A stretch of 64,000 bases of DNA from Calcarisporiella thermophila CBS 279.70. Taxonomy: Eukaryota > Fungi > Calcarisporiellomycota. The first letter of the stretch is position 1. Each line of letters begins with the position of its first letter. Both the position numbers and the translations under genes were made by a program. The notes under the pieces were generated by a model. That model searched no databases and was not told the origin of the DNA. It saw only the letters and a program-made list of their open reading frames with translations. The stretch covers positions 1,385,985-1,449,984 of the forward strand of contig NW_027192192.1 in assembly GCF_041956535.1 (NCBI RefSeq), read 5' to 3'. Positions 28,070 to 41,327 of this stretch are shown here, piece by piece.

Positions 28070-28428
28070 GGTTTGTAAAATGCAACAATTATTCAGGGAG
28101 ATGGAGGAGTGGGGAAAGAGCTGTAGGGTGAAGGGTACCTAGCTTTGTGACGGACTGACATAATGTGACGAGGTTTTTACGGCCAATATAATATAGGCAT
28201 TAATGTCACAGCCAATAGGGTTGCTTCTCAATTTCATTAAGTTACAAAGGTCACGTATTCTCTACATCAAAACATAGATCGGAGTCTCGATAGAGGAAAC
28301 AGTTTCGAGCAAGCATAGGAAAAGATAAGAAATAATAAGCCCAGGATGGACGGGTAGAGCCATTCATTACTAAGTCATTCACATAACGCCATTCACAGGA
28401 ACAATGAGATCCGCAGGCCTGGGCTCTT

Positions 28429-29852
28429 TTAAAGACCGGTCATCTTTAAATCATGTTCCCGGTATCTAGCACCATGCACACCAATGGTGTTCACTGCATC
28501 ACGCAACTCCTGCGATTCCTCGGGGGTCAGCTTGATGGAGGCAGCAGCCTACGATGGAATTGGGCATGAGTGAGAGGCATTGGGGAAGAACGAGGGTGAC
28601 CTACCGAGTTTTCCTCCACGCGTGCGGCCTGCTTGGTGCCAGGAATTGGGATGATTTCCTCGCCCTATATCCCATTGGAGTGGGGTGAAGAGGACCCCAT
28701 CGTCAACTCGGATATGAAGACTTCTAGTTAAATAGCTGATTCTAAACCTACCTGCGCCAGCAGCCAAGCCAAGCAGTATTGTCCCATGGTGACGCCCTTT
28801 TTCTTCGCGAGCTCCCTGACCGCATCGGCAAGTTTCAGGTTCTTCTTCAAGTTCTCCTCCTGGTAGCGGGGGTGTAATCTTCTAAAGTCGTTGGGAGCCA
28901 TGTCATTGAAGTTGGTCAAACTTCCGGCAAGAACGCCGCGGCCAATGGGGGAGAAGGCAACAAGCGACACGCCTAGCTCACGGCAAGTCTGAAGCATACC
29001 CGATGTCTCAACCTCCGTGGTCCAAGGGCCTGAATAGGGCAATCGAGATTAGCACAAGAAATATAGAATTGAGTAGCCATCCATACTATATTCCATTTGA
29101 ACGGCAGCAATAGGGTGGACCTTGTGCGCGCGCCGTAGTGTCTCGGGACTGCACTCCGAGAGCCCAAGGTAGCGAACCTTGCCCTCCTTGACAAGCTGGG
29201 CCATCGCCTTAACGGTCTCCTCGATCGGCCTGTATATCACCCCGCCCCCATTTCCATGGTTATTACGTCGAAAAGAGAAAAAAGATAACAAAGGACCGTC
29301 ATATTACGTGTTAGGATCGACGCGATGTTGATAATAAAGATCAATCGTGTCTACTCCGAGGCGTTTCAAGCTCTTTTCGCAAGCCGCTCTCACGTACTCG
29401 GGAGTTCCGCACACGGTGCGATTCCCCTCTTCATCGACGACGAACCCGAACTTGGTGCAGAGGAACACCTCATTACGGCGAGTTTTGAGTACTTTGGAAA
29501 GCAGCTCTTCATTGTGGCCAATTCCATATAAATCTACCCCATTAGAGACGGGAAGACCACTGTGTAAAAGAAAATGTTTGATCAGGGAGAAGGGAAATAA
29601 AAACAGTTATTACCAGCCGTGTCCCAGAAATTGACCCCAATGTCGAGCGCGTGATTGAGGGCCTGGAGAGATTTTGCTTCATTTTCTTCGCTAAAATCGA
29701 AACTCATCGACATGCAGCCGAGGCCTAAAAAACCAAAGAAGAAATTGGATTTAATCAGAACAGCCTTTTGAATGGGGCGTAAACAAATCTGGCGTACCGA
29801 TTGCGGAGACCTCTTCACCCGTGCTGCCTAGCTTTCTGCGTGGAACTACCAT
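28429..29852 (-). CDS. Aldo-keto reductase (AKR13/YakC-like), multi-exon
   Basis: [72 protein letters not shown]. Confidence 0.9.
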
Positions 29853-30472
29853 GGCTATCTAGTTCGAGGGAGGTTACGGCAGCAAAAAATGCAAAAGAAA
29901 GAGGAATGGAGAACAAGAGCCGCGTTATATAGTCGATAGAGGTTGAAAAGCATGACTACGAGGTGTCGGAGCTTCAATGCAGATACCGCGAGAAAATTCA
30001 AACCTCGGGCCAATATTACCATAACAAACCGAGCGCTGGCCACCCACGAGCCGATTCTTGATGATGGAGGAGTGGCTGTGCTCTGACCGCGTCCCGTTTT
30101 AGCGGTGTCCAGGGACGCAAGGGCCCACACCTCCCCACGCTGTGCGCGAAGGCGGCCCTCTCCTCACAATGACTCACGACTTGCTTGCGTAGCACCTTTC
30201 CCTCCTCCAGCCCCAGATCATGAGAGCACATGCCCTTCGGTTGCCCTCACTTTGCCACAAGAGAGGCGCTCCGAGCCAAGCCTCCATTGCAGCACGATTT
30301 TGTGCATCTGCCCAGCATCGGGTGAGCTGCCTTCTCAGTTGGGGGGGCCCTAATTTCATAATCTCAAAAACAGCAAAAATGTTATCCAATCGTTCCAAGC
30401 CTTCTTTTCTCGTAGCTTATTTTAGATTGCGCCTGGGGCTCCAGCGAAACTCCCAAGCTTGACTCCTAACTC

Positions 30473-31554
30473 ATGCAACGGTCGCTTGTACGAAATCGCG
30501 CCCTCATTATCCCCTTGGCCGTCTCCTTTCTCTTCTTAGCTTATCTCCGCAAGAGACTTGCTAATGCGGCGGGCGGCAAGAATCCGTATCGGAGGGCGAA
30601 CCGATTCAAGACATGGTTCGCTAAGACATTGAGCTTCTTGTTTTGGAGAAAAATGAGCACAATCGAGTATCCGGTGCACACTGATCCGCACACATTTGCA
30701 TCGCGTAACAATGAGCATGCAAAGGCCATCTACGACTACATTATTATTGGAGGCAAGCTGCTTTTTTCTAGACCTATATACTTTTTTTGCTTTAAGAATC
30801 ATATTCGTGGCTCAGATTTAACAATGAGGAGCATTTGGTCTAGGTGGAACGAGCGGGTGCGTGCTAGCCAATAGACTCTCCGCGGATCCTCGCGTACGCG
30901 TGCTCTTACTTGAAGCTGGCGGCTCCAATTTTTCCGAGATATGCAGCATGATGCCGGCAGGATTCGAAATGTTATGGGGGACAGAGGTAGGCTCGCGTCA
31001 TTTCTTTGGGTCATGCAACGATGCTAACCAATGCACAACCTTTAGATGGACTGGAATTTAGACACGGTGCCGCAGAGTCGTCTCGGAGGGCGAAAAATGC
31101 CGTGGCCGCGGGGAAAGATGCTGGGAGGGTCTAGGTGAGCTTTATTTGGTATCCACGCGTCAAGTATGGGAAAAGTGAGACGCCTTTGGGTTTTACGATA
31201 GCTCTCTCAACGGGATGGTCTGTACTCGCTGTCCCGCCGCTGACTACGATGAGTGGAGCGCTCTTGGGAATCCCGGCTGGTCCTATTCGGATATGCTTCC
31301 TATTTTTAAATCATTGGAAACCTTTACGCCGCGTGGCCCATTTCCCTTTGATCCCCCCGCTCATGGAGATAAGGGTGAGTTGTGTATATCGTATCCGTCC
31401 TTCACGCATCCCATCAGCATGGAGTTTGTGGACGCGTGTAAGAAATTGGGCCTAGGCTCAATGGTGGATTTGAACAACGTGGAGGGGAAGATGGAGGGCG
31501 TTTCCCGGTTTCCGGTGAGTATCCCATCCCATTGACCTAGAGAGGATGAAAATA

Positions 31555-31585
<31 letters not shown>

Positions 31586-32742
31586 CTTGCTTGTTTACTC
31601 TCTTTGCAAAATTCTGAATTCTCCTCTCAAAGGCTTTTGTCCACAATGGGGAAAGAGTATCTGCTGCCTCCGCATTTCTGCCGCCTGCCCTTGTCCGCCA
31701 GCGCCCTAACCTCACCATTGCAATCAACTGTCATGTGACCCGTATACTCTTTTCCGAGGCCTCCACGCCGCGAGCCACTGGCGTCGAGTTCAAGAAATCC
31801 CGCACCTCGCCAGCCTACAATGTGTTTTCTCGGCGAGAAGTCATCCTCTGCGCCGGCGCCATCCACTCTCCCCACATCCTCCTTCTGAGTGGCGTAGGTG
31901 ATGCAGCTCATTTAAGAGAGCATGGGATTTCGGTGGTGAAGCATCTCCCCGGTGTGGGGCGGAATCTGTTGGACCACCTTGGCTGTTCCATCAATTATAT
32001 CGCACGTCCTGGATTGTCCCTCCACTCGCTGAAGAGAGAGCCAATTCGATGGATCCGCGAGTGGGTGAAATTCCGCACAGGAATGATGACCTCGCACCTG
32101 GTGGAAGCCGCCACGTTTCTTCGCCACCAGCCCACAGGCTATCGAGAGGAGGATTTGGGACCCAAGGGAAGCCCCAACCTGGAGATCCTTTGTATTCCAG
32201 CGAAATTGCCGCACAATGAACCCGTGGAGAAAGCAAGACGCCAGGAGGTTGCGGACGGATTCACTCTGATCACTCTCCTCCTCAAGCCCAAGAGCGCTGG
32301 ACACATCACTCTCGCCTCCTCGGACCCGTTCGATATGCCGCATATCGAGCCAAACTATCTTGCCCACCCCCTCGATTGGGCTGTTCTTGAGGAGGGCATA
32401 CGGGAGAGCCTTAGGATCGGTGACGAAATGCAGCGTGCTGGTCTTCTTACTGCCCCCTACTGTACACCCATCCCTCAGGCCGACGGCACCTACACTTCTG
32501 CAGCCATCCGCCAATATATTGAAGAGCAGGCCGAGACCATTTATCACCCAACCTCCACCTGCCGCATGGGGCCTAAAGACCAAAAGAATACCGTTGTGGA
32601 TGCACACCTACGAGTACATGGAGTGGAAGGACTGAGAATTGCCGATTGTAGCATATTCCCTACGCTCCTCGCGGGGCACACGTGCTTGCCTGCTATGGCG
32701 GTTGCAGAGAAGGCTGCAACCATCATTCTTGCTCAGTCATAG
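30473..32742 (+). CDS. GMC oxidoreductase with N-terminal hydrophobic anchor
   Basis: [101 protein letters not shown]. Confidence 0.92.
31555..31580. repeat. (AT)13 microsatellite in a GMC intron
   Basis: Read directly from the sequence. Confidence 0.9.
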
Positions 32743-33335
32743 GACGACCCTAGGTTCTCTAGCCATTAACTATTCGCATTTTTTTTATGTCTCTTTAATC
32801 CTCTAGTTAATTAAACCCCACCCATCACTGTGTGTCGATAGTCGTATTGAATGAGAAGGACTTGTTAAACGTATAAGAGCGAGCGAATGGATTCGAAGGA
32901 GAGGGGTGAAGCTGTCAACACTCGTTGGTGAACATTCCATATTGCATTTAGAGTCGCTTTGTTGTCTCATTATTATCTTAGTGCAGCAGCTCCATGTTAA
33001 AAACAAAACTCAACAAAACACACTGCTATAAATGAGTGCGTAAACAGCGTGCCCGAAAGATTAAAACTATTTTCATTACGTAAAGTTTACACACTCTTTA
33101 ACGGGAGGTGGAGAAGCTAATTGAAGTGATCCTTTTCTGGTATTGTTTCGAGCAACTCAAAAAAAAAATTCAATATTCATGCAATTGGATAGAGTTGATG
33201 AGCTTTTTTTTTAATCAACTTTATGCTTGCATAAGCCTAATGATGTTTCAACAATACGCCTCGAGCACACATGCAGTCTCTAGGTGAACATTTAGTTGTA
33301 TTTTGAAGAACATGGGTATTGAATTGTGAGCGAGA

Positions 33336-33362
33336 GAGGAGGAGGAGGAGGAGGAGGAGGAG
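33336..33362. repeat. (GAG)9 microsatellite in the purine-rich intergenic region; GATA/GA repeats also at about 33481-33510
   Basis: Read directly from the sequence. Confidence 0.85.
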
Positions 33363-33655
33363 AGGAAACGAGGAGAAGGAAATGGGGGGAATGTACAGGA
33401 GAAAAAGAGAAATGAAAACCATGAGAGAAAGCCAAAAATAGCGAGACAGAGTAAAAAAAATAAATTAAATAGTTATAAATATAGATAGATAGAGAGAGAG
33501 ATAGAGAGATATGTATAAAGAGACATACACAGTCTCCTCGGATATGGGACACGCCACGCTAGATGAATTGTTCTAGCAGACAACCAGCCGAGCATACACA
33601 TTATTACGCGTGAGAGAGCGTGTCGTCTCCTAAGAGACATGGGAGAGGTGGCACC

Positions 33656-35391
33656 TTAAATTTTAACGAAGATTCTGCGATCCGTGTTGAGCCTCAACCA
33701 GAGAACGAAGACCGATGATAGCACAGTAAGACCCCCGGCAAACTCCATGAGAGGGATGAATCCACTGGAATCGAGGATCGCACCGGCTAGTGGGGTGCCT
33801 ACCAAATTGCCGAAGAAGCAGGAGAAATACACCATCCCCACGGCACTCGACAAGTCCGCCGGATCCTCTACGAGATCGGCCACAGCTACGGGGAACAGGC
33901 TGACGAATCCTCCCGCCGAGAGGCCGTACATGATCACGTAAAACACCAGTAGCCCCAAGCTTTTCGAGAATGGCCAAATAACCATCGTGGATACGCCGGA
34001 AATAAGGGTGCACCAAAACATCGTGTTCAGGCGGCCAAACAGATCCGCCGCGCTCCCAATACAGATCCGGCCCAGGGAGTTCACACCGGACATGACTCCG
34101 GTGAGGATAGCTGCGATGTTAGGGTCGACACCGATGGTGCGAGAGTAGGCTGGAAGCATGAAGAAGGGGAGAAGGTAGCTATGGATATATTTCAAGAGTG
34201 AGAACTCGCTTTATGAGAGGAGAGAACGCTTTCGCAAGCTTACCCAAAACTGGCGAACACGCCGAAAAAGAATAGGGCCCCCATCCGCCAGGTGATGATT
34301 CTAGTTTCGATGATTTTGTGTTTGGCCGAGGACTTTTTATGAGGAATGCGCGGGCGGCAGAGAAGGGTGGCTGCACTCAGCAGTACAAGACTGATGATTG
34401 CCGAGATGCGTAGTGACCAGCGATAGCCCAGAGTAGCCAGAAGATAGCGCACCAACGGATTCAGGCATAGTCCGCCAATTCCGCTTCCGCTGACAGAGAT
34501 TCCAGTGGCCTAATATTGCGACCATAACAGTTAGTCAGTCTTGGTGAGTGAGGGGACAAGTGTAATGAGTGCAATGAGGGGTACTAACCAGGCCCCGATA
34601 TTTCTTGAACCATTGTGTGGGAAGCACAACGGAGGGGAAGAAGAGCAGCGCGTTGCCAAGACCAAAGAGAAGTCCCTGCGTCAAATACAATTGCCACAAC
34701 TAATGCGATTGGTTAAAAAAAGGCCGGTAAGCGAAGGGCTCATATAATGAGTATCAGACGCCGGGAAACAATGGGCGAAGGACACCTACCGCTGTGTTAA
34801 AGCTCGCAAGCAGCAGGGATACCGTGCACAGGATGGTCCCTAAGACCATGCTCCCTCGAAATCCGACGAGATCCAGGACGGGCCCCAGAAACGGACCAAT
34901 GAAAAACATGAACGCGGTTGCGACGGTCCCAATATAAGACATAGCCAACGTGCTGGCCTCTCCCTTGAATTCTTGTGTCAGATAAATATCCTACACGGCC
35001 AAATCAAGAGGTTAGCCTAATCCCGGCTGAAAATCCCATACCGGCTTGAAGGATTGCATACCTGATACTGGCCCCAGCAGTACGTTTGTCCAAAGTTGTT
35101 GAAGATGACCAAGAATCCTCCCAGGATCACTAGCCAGGACCGCCAAGTGTCGGTAGGAGGCAAGCCCACCTCAGGGTCTTCCAAGGCACCCTTCTCTTCT
35201 AATTCATGGCGGGTGATTTCACCGGGGTCGGTTGCGAATGTGCTCGTGGCAGGAGAGTCTGGCGTATCACATTGACTGTGTTTTAGTGTATGGGAGGGTT
35301 TTTCCGAGAGGGTGTCTTGAGGAATTTGAGGTAATGCAGGACTTTTTTCATGATGCTCATTTAATTCTTTTGCTTCGGAAGGTTGTGTCAT
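33656..35391 (-). CDS. MFS transporter, monocarboxylate porter (Mch/SLC16-like), multi-exon
   Basis: PPTDTWRSWLVILGGFL, LPTQWFKKYRGL, SGSGIGG, GYRWSLRI, GRICIGSAADLFGRLN, GNLVGTPLAG. Confidence 0.9.
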
Positions 35392-36936
35392 TTTTGGATT
35401 TTCACTTCTAATTTTCTATTTTCAAGGATGCAGGCAGGCAAAGCGGTGGGGGGAGGAGAGGAGAGGAGAGGGGAGAAAGGGGAGTGTTTATATGGACACG
35501 CGGGAAGTGTGGGGAAGGTCTGAGAAAGTAGGGTGCAGAAAACAAACAAGTGTGTTGTTTTAGGCCAAAGAGCAAGAAACACAGAGCATGCGATGATAAT
35601 TTATGTATACATTCGGGTAAAAGATAGCTGAGTGTCAAATTAATAAGCGCTCAATCTCGAACTTTAAAATCCCGCACTAACCACGGCCCAAGAACAGAAT
35701 CTAGCTGCTGGCTTGTGACGCATGTTTTCATATATTTAGAGGTTATTAATATTCGATTATCCAAGGCGGGTGCTAATCCTTTTTCCGAATATCCAAAATT
35801 TCCATATCTATCCAACTGTTAACTCATTTCTGAACCTAAATCGCCCTCTAATGCCACCTCATATTACCCAATCTCTTCCGTGGGGCATTTTTTCCGGGTG
35901 GAATGATATAGGAGCTGATCACAGTCGGCTCGTATGATCCTCGACTCAATACAAATAGAGTAGGAAGCGGGCGGGGATGGCGACAATCATGTTGTGGTCA
36001 CTGAAGATCCACCGCTGAAACTAAGCGTTCATTGCATGGGTTATAAGAATGTGGGAAAAGCGTGCTCCTGCTAGAGAGTGGGCAAATATGCAATCCTCAA
36101 CCCCAGTGGCTTGCAGCAAACATCGGGATGCATCCTGACGAAGTAGGCAATCCGATACTTATGGAAATTTTTCATATACCAGCGCTTTTTTCCCGCCTCT
36201 TTTCAGGATTAGTTTCTTTGGAAAGTTTATGATGAGAAGAAGGATGATGATGCGTGCTCAATGTTTGCTTTTTTTTTTTTTACTGTATCCTGTTTGCTAT
36301 TGTTATTACCAATGGGCATAGAGGGGCGTTCTTCAATTGAAAACAAAACGGATATACTTTTAAAGATGACCACAATATGACAACGTCGCACACATAATCA
36401 TAGTTTACATGACTTATTGAAGATGACATAATATTTGGGCACCCTTCCAGGAGAAGAGGGCGACATGCGTCGAATATATTAGGTTCATACGTGGAGGTTT
36501 GGATGGGATTGCTTTTTTTTTTCGATGCAGATATATACGAGGAGGAGCGGAATCGAACCCGAGGCTGTCACTTCAACTCGCCAAGAAAATCGTTGCAAGT
36601 CCACCGAAATGTTGGCTAAGATGATGAGAGCGTTCGATTTTAATTCAAACTTCAAATCGCACAGCCAATCAGCTTGCGCCCCTCTATTGAGCGCAGAATC
36701 GCTGCTTGCCTTAAGGAAAAATTCAGCCAGGAATGACCAAGACAAAATTGCAGGTTGGGGGAGAGAACCACCACTGGCAGTCGCCGCTTCCCCCTACTAA
36801 AAATCCAGTAAATTAAATTAACACCAAAATCCGAAAGTCTGTAGCTTAGCGCCTGTATTTTCTTCTCTCCTCCAGCCCTTGGCTAGAGCCAATACCCTTG
36901 CTTCGTTGCCAATCAAAACAACCACCTCTATCGACA

Positions 36937-37968
36937 ATGGCCTATACCGCCCCACTCGAGCCCGCACTTGCGTCGGTCCTAGCCCCTCTCTCTCTTGGCA
37001 AACTAGCCCATCATTACCCGGTGCTGCTTGGCTCTTTTCTTCTGTGGATGCTGATCTCTCATGCATCCGCACGATACTCGCCACGCCTTTTCCCTCGTTC
37101 ATACCTGAGTCTTACGCCTCAAAAGCGTCACTATTGGGATGTGCATGTGGTTTCACTGGTACATTCGAGTATTGTGGTTTTCGGGGCGCTGCGAATTCTT
37201 CTTGATGACAGTTTAGGAAGAGACCGCGTGTTCGGCTATAATGAATTTGCCGGAAATGTGTATGCATTTTCGTGCGGGTGGGTGGACCTTTGATGATTTA
37301 GATGGCTTATCTCGCTTCAGATGACTTACATTGACGCCATCTAGGTATTTCTTGTGGGACGGTATAGTTTCGCTAATGCACGTGAAAGAAAACGGCGTTG
37401 GGTTTGTGATTCATGGCTTCTCTTGCTTTGCCGTGTATCTGTTTTCCTTCGTAAGTTGGGCTGTACGGAAGACAAATTTTCCATTTCTAATTCGCCTTCG
37501 AACCCATTACCCTTCTAGCGACCCTTCCTCAACTACTATGGAGCCGTTTTCCTCCTGTTTGAATTGAGCACCCCTTTCCTCAACTTCCACTGGTTTATGG
37601 TATATATCGTCCTGGATCTCTTGGATCTCCTGTGCTCCCTCTAAGCCTCTTTGTCTATCTAGGATAAAATGAACATCACTAATACCCCGCTTCAGCTCAT
37701 CAACGGTATAACCTTCCTCGGCACCTTCTTTTGTGCACGCCTTGTCTTCGGCTATTACATGTCATATCAGACATTTGTGTCTGTGATCGCGGTCATCGAT
37801 CAGGTCCCCACGTTCCTCTGCGTGCTCTACGGCGTCAGCAATATAGTGCTCAACATCCTAAACGCGTTCTGGTTCATAAAGGCCATCAACATGCTCAAAA
37901 GGCGTTTTCGCAGAAAAGGAACAAGCGAAACGAAAGCAAAGGAAAGGAAGTTAAAGAAAGCTTTGTAA
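36937..37968 (+). CDS. TLC (TRAM/LAG1/CLN8) domain membrane protein, TMEM56/Tda4-like
   Basis: WDVHVVSLVHS, DRVFGY, GYFLWD, FVIHG, RPFLNYYG..FLLFELSTPFLNFHWFMDK, TFFCARLVFG, LNAFWF. Confidence 0.88.
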
Positions 37969-38345
37969 ACGGGAAAATGGCGTCCCTCATGTTGTAATTT
38001 TTCTCTACCTCCTTCTCCTCCTCCTCCTCCTCCTCCACCCGCACTCTATCCTTCGGCTATAAACATCTTCTCTCTCGGATTATATTTGTATATCTAACGT
38101 GATGTTTCTATAATTTTGCTATTGAGTTCTCTTTGCACTAAATCTCTCTTATCTATTTACTAAATGAAGTTTGAAATCTACTATGTTATTTCTCTGCTTT
38201 TAGTGATACATGAAAAAAAGGAGATCTATTTAACAAACAATATGAAAAATGAGTATTGGGAATGAAACGCAGATCAGGTGGTTCGATAACTTTCTCTATC
38301 TCTCGTATACTCTATATTTCGAGCTCTATTGACGGAGTTGCGGTT

Positions 38346-39501
38346 TTATTCTTCCCTCGCTTCATGCTGATGGCTGGTATATTTTGGATCCTTCCACGGT
38401 CCTACATCAGAATTTTCGCATCCCTCAGGACACTCGCAATCTCCCCCAAGAAACTTCGGTAGAGATTTTGGATCAACTACTTTTAAGACTTCGTCCAAGT
38501 AGTTGGTGCCTAGAATATGAATTTTCGCAACCGTATCCTCATCGAGGAAAGGCTTTGGGTTCCATGAAAGAGAGATACGCAATAAGTGTATCATTAAGAT
38601 GTAACAATCAATATCCAAGAATAAGCCTACCTTGATCATAGACCATACACCAGAAAATAGTGACGGCGCGTTGATAACGAACATGCAGCCCATCATCTGT
38701 CAGGATTATAGAGATAACGGTCGTTGTTATTCGTCCAAACAATGCTCCCAAATCACTATAGAGCCGCGATGATTTACCTCTGGATAATAGTCTTGAGCAA
38801 TGCGTGATGTTTTCTCAACAAACTTCAACGCCTTAGGGACTTGTTTCAATGACAGATCTTTGATATCAATCAGGATGCAGCACTGCTCTATATGCTTGCC
38901 AGCTGCAGCAGAACAAGCAGGGAACCGCACACGGGTGAGATATTCGTAGCCCTTAATGAAGTCCTTCTCGATGCGCTCCTCCGTGGTAATACTGAAGAGT
39001 TTGTCAATATCAAGGTCATTCATACATTCGATGTAGAGTGGGCGGAAGATTCGATCGGTGCGATGGTAAAAGCGCGGGTAAATCTTTGCAGAGTAACCGG
39101 TTAACATAGAAAAAAATGAAATAAGCGTTAAATACACACTAGGAGGCCTATCCCCGCATCTGATAGCCTACCTTCGATACTTCGTCCCTTTCTGTAAACT
39201 CAAAATACTCTAATTCATCGACATTCTCGTCCCGCCTCCAATTCTCGCAATTCGCAAACATTTCTAAAGCCGCGTCCAAATCGAATTTCCTGGCTCTCAA
39301 AAACCTAAGCAATAAGTAATGGTCATGGCGTTTGGGATCATAGAGGCCTTTCTTCTGGAGATTCTGCCTGAATTGTTCGAGCGTATATTCTTGTTCGGTC
39401 GAAAGACTGCCAACTTGACCCGTATTGTTATCGTGTTGAAGTAATGTAGAACGAGGGCTCTCTTCGGATGAAGAGTTGAAGATGCTATTCATTATTGTCA
39501 T
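38346..39501 (-). CDS. SEC14: Sec14-family CRAL-TRIO phosphatidylinositol transfer protein
   Basis: LLRFLRARKFD, IYPRFYHRTD..RPLYIE, FPACSAAAG, IAQDYYPE|MG..FVINAP, IKPFLDEDTVAKIHILG, LPKFLGG.C.C..GC..SDVGPW. Confidence 0.9.
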
Positions 39502-39650
39502 TAATTTTGCATTGAAATTTAGCAAAGTAAAAAAAAAGTAAAAGATCGAGATTTCAAAACGCCAGATCATAACCACTTCGGGTTGCGAAGCCACAAATTG
39601 CAAAGTCTTCCACCGGGTTAGTACACTCCTAGAATTTCTCAATATAGAAA

Positions 39651-41327
39651 CCCCTATGTCTAGTATTGCCGCTGACTTAACGAATACTTAACATTTTCAA
39701 AATGCTCAGCGCTTTCTATTTAGAGATATTGTTTAGTAAGATATTCTTCGAAATCTCAAGAGTTCTACCTTTCCAGCCGTCAAAGAAACGTGTTTAGATA
39801 TCACAATGATAACAAGATCGACAGAGTGTTCCCAATGATTCTTCCAATTTGAAATAATAAGGTAGAAAGCGTCTACTTAGTCTCAATAATAATATCTGGA
39901 AATTTGCATATTGCCCTTCCCTACAAACTTTTACTAAATACCAGAAACAGTGCTGCTGAATACCTTGAGGGTAACGGTATAGGGTGCACTAAAGCGAATG
40001 GCTTATTGATTTATTATACGTGCTTTATTGATTGTGTTTTTTTTCCGAGCTATTCACTAATAGAACCACCGCCTATAATCGTAAAGGTGCATGATTAATA
40101 GGTGAGAAATATTTATGATCATCCATGGAAGTAATATTATGGGATAATAAATTGACCTCCAACGGATTCGTCAAGGTGTTATTATCATCGATTATTTATA
40201 GAATCTAAAACGACAAGGGCGCAGGAGACTAAAAATATAACACTAGTTGTTAGTAGATAATAATTTTGCATTTGCAATTTATCAAGCGACGTAAGGGGTT
40301 ATCAGGATAGTGAAGTTGTTATAGTACAAGGGCCACTCTATCCCTCTTTGCAAGCGACCAAATTTAGTGGTTCTATTTCGCCCTACTTGTTCTTTATTTG
40401 ACAATATTGATTAAGGTCATTCCTTTATAACTTCGGGGGATTCTGTTTTCATTTTAAACCTTGTACTTTGGACCTTAACCTTGTATTGAATTATTTCCGT
40501 ATCATATTCCATTCATAAAGTCGATGGAAATAAATCGTACAATAAAATAGTGTTATGAAATGGAATGTATCAAAGATAATAGGCGTACTAATTTGTTGGA
40601 ACTGCAAAGCTTATAAATGTTAGCAGAAAAGACCCGCAATAAAAAAAAAAATTGAACGAGGGCAAATGTAATTCTATAACAGGCTTCATACATTTATACC
40701 ATATAATGGTACTCGAACAAAAATACATTTTCAGCGAATTGTTCTGGATAAGGGATGTTCTTGGGTCAATTACAATAAAATGGCATACTATACGTTGTAG
40801 AGGCATATTTATTATTGGGCATGGCGAGAGAAACACATAACTTTTATCAATGAAATAGCGCTATTTCGTAGAGCTTCTCATATTTAGGATCGGGTGCACC
40901 CACTTTTATTTTTATTCAATTAAAAACAGTTGCATCATAGTGTCGATGATGCTTAAGAAAATTATAGGCTTTTTACATTGAAATTACATTTAATACTTCC
41001 TAATTCTGTCTCCGAGTGATACGATAAATCCGTAGACATGTTATTGGCTAGAGTAAGTAAATATCTTAGGTAACGGTAATGGTCAGTGCAGAAAAGATAG
41101 AGCCCAAACTGCAGGAAAACATGTTCCTAGAAAAACCTATAACCAAAAGGGTTGCAAGTGTCATTGTGTAATACGATCGACTGACTAAACAAAACTTTTT
41201 CGAATATAGTATTTAGAAAAACGCCTTACGATAATAATACCCTAGCACAAATACTCATAATAATTTAGTCAGACTAATACCGTATCTTTATTTCTATTCA
41301 GAACAAGAATCTTGTGTGCAATTGAAA
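39651..41327 (+). promoter_or_regulatory. Upstream region of NRPS copy 1, homologous to 60691-61623 upstream of copy 2
   Basis: Collinear shared blocks such as CCCTATGT(C/T)TAG(T/C)ATTG, CCGTCAAAGAAACGTGTTT, CTAAATACCA(G/A)AAACAG, AATAAATTGA(C/T)CTCCAACGG and the acceptor-like TATTCAG 26 nt before the ATG. Confidence 0.8.
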
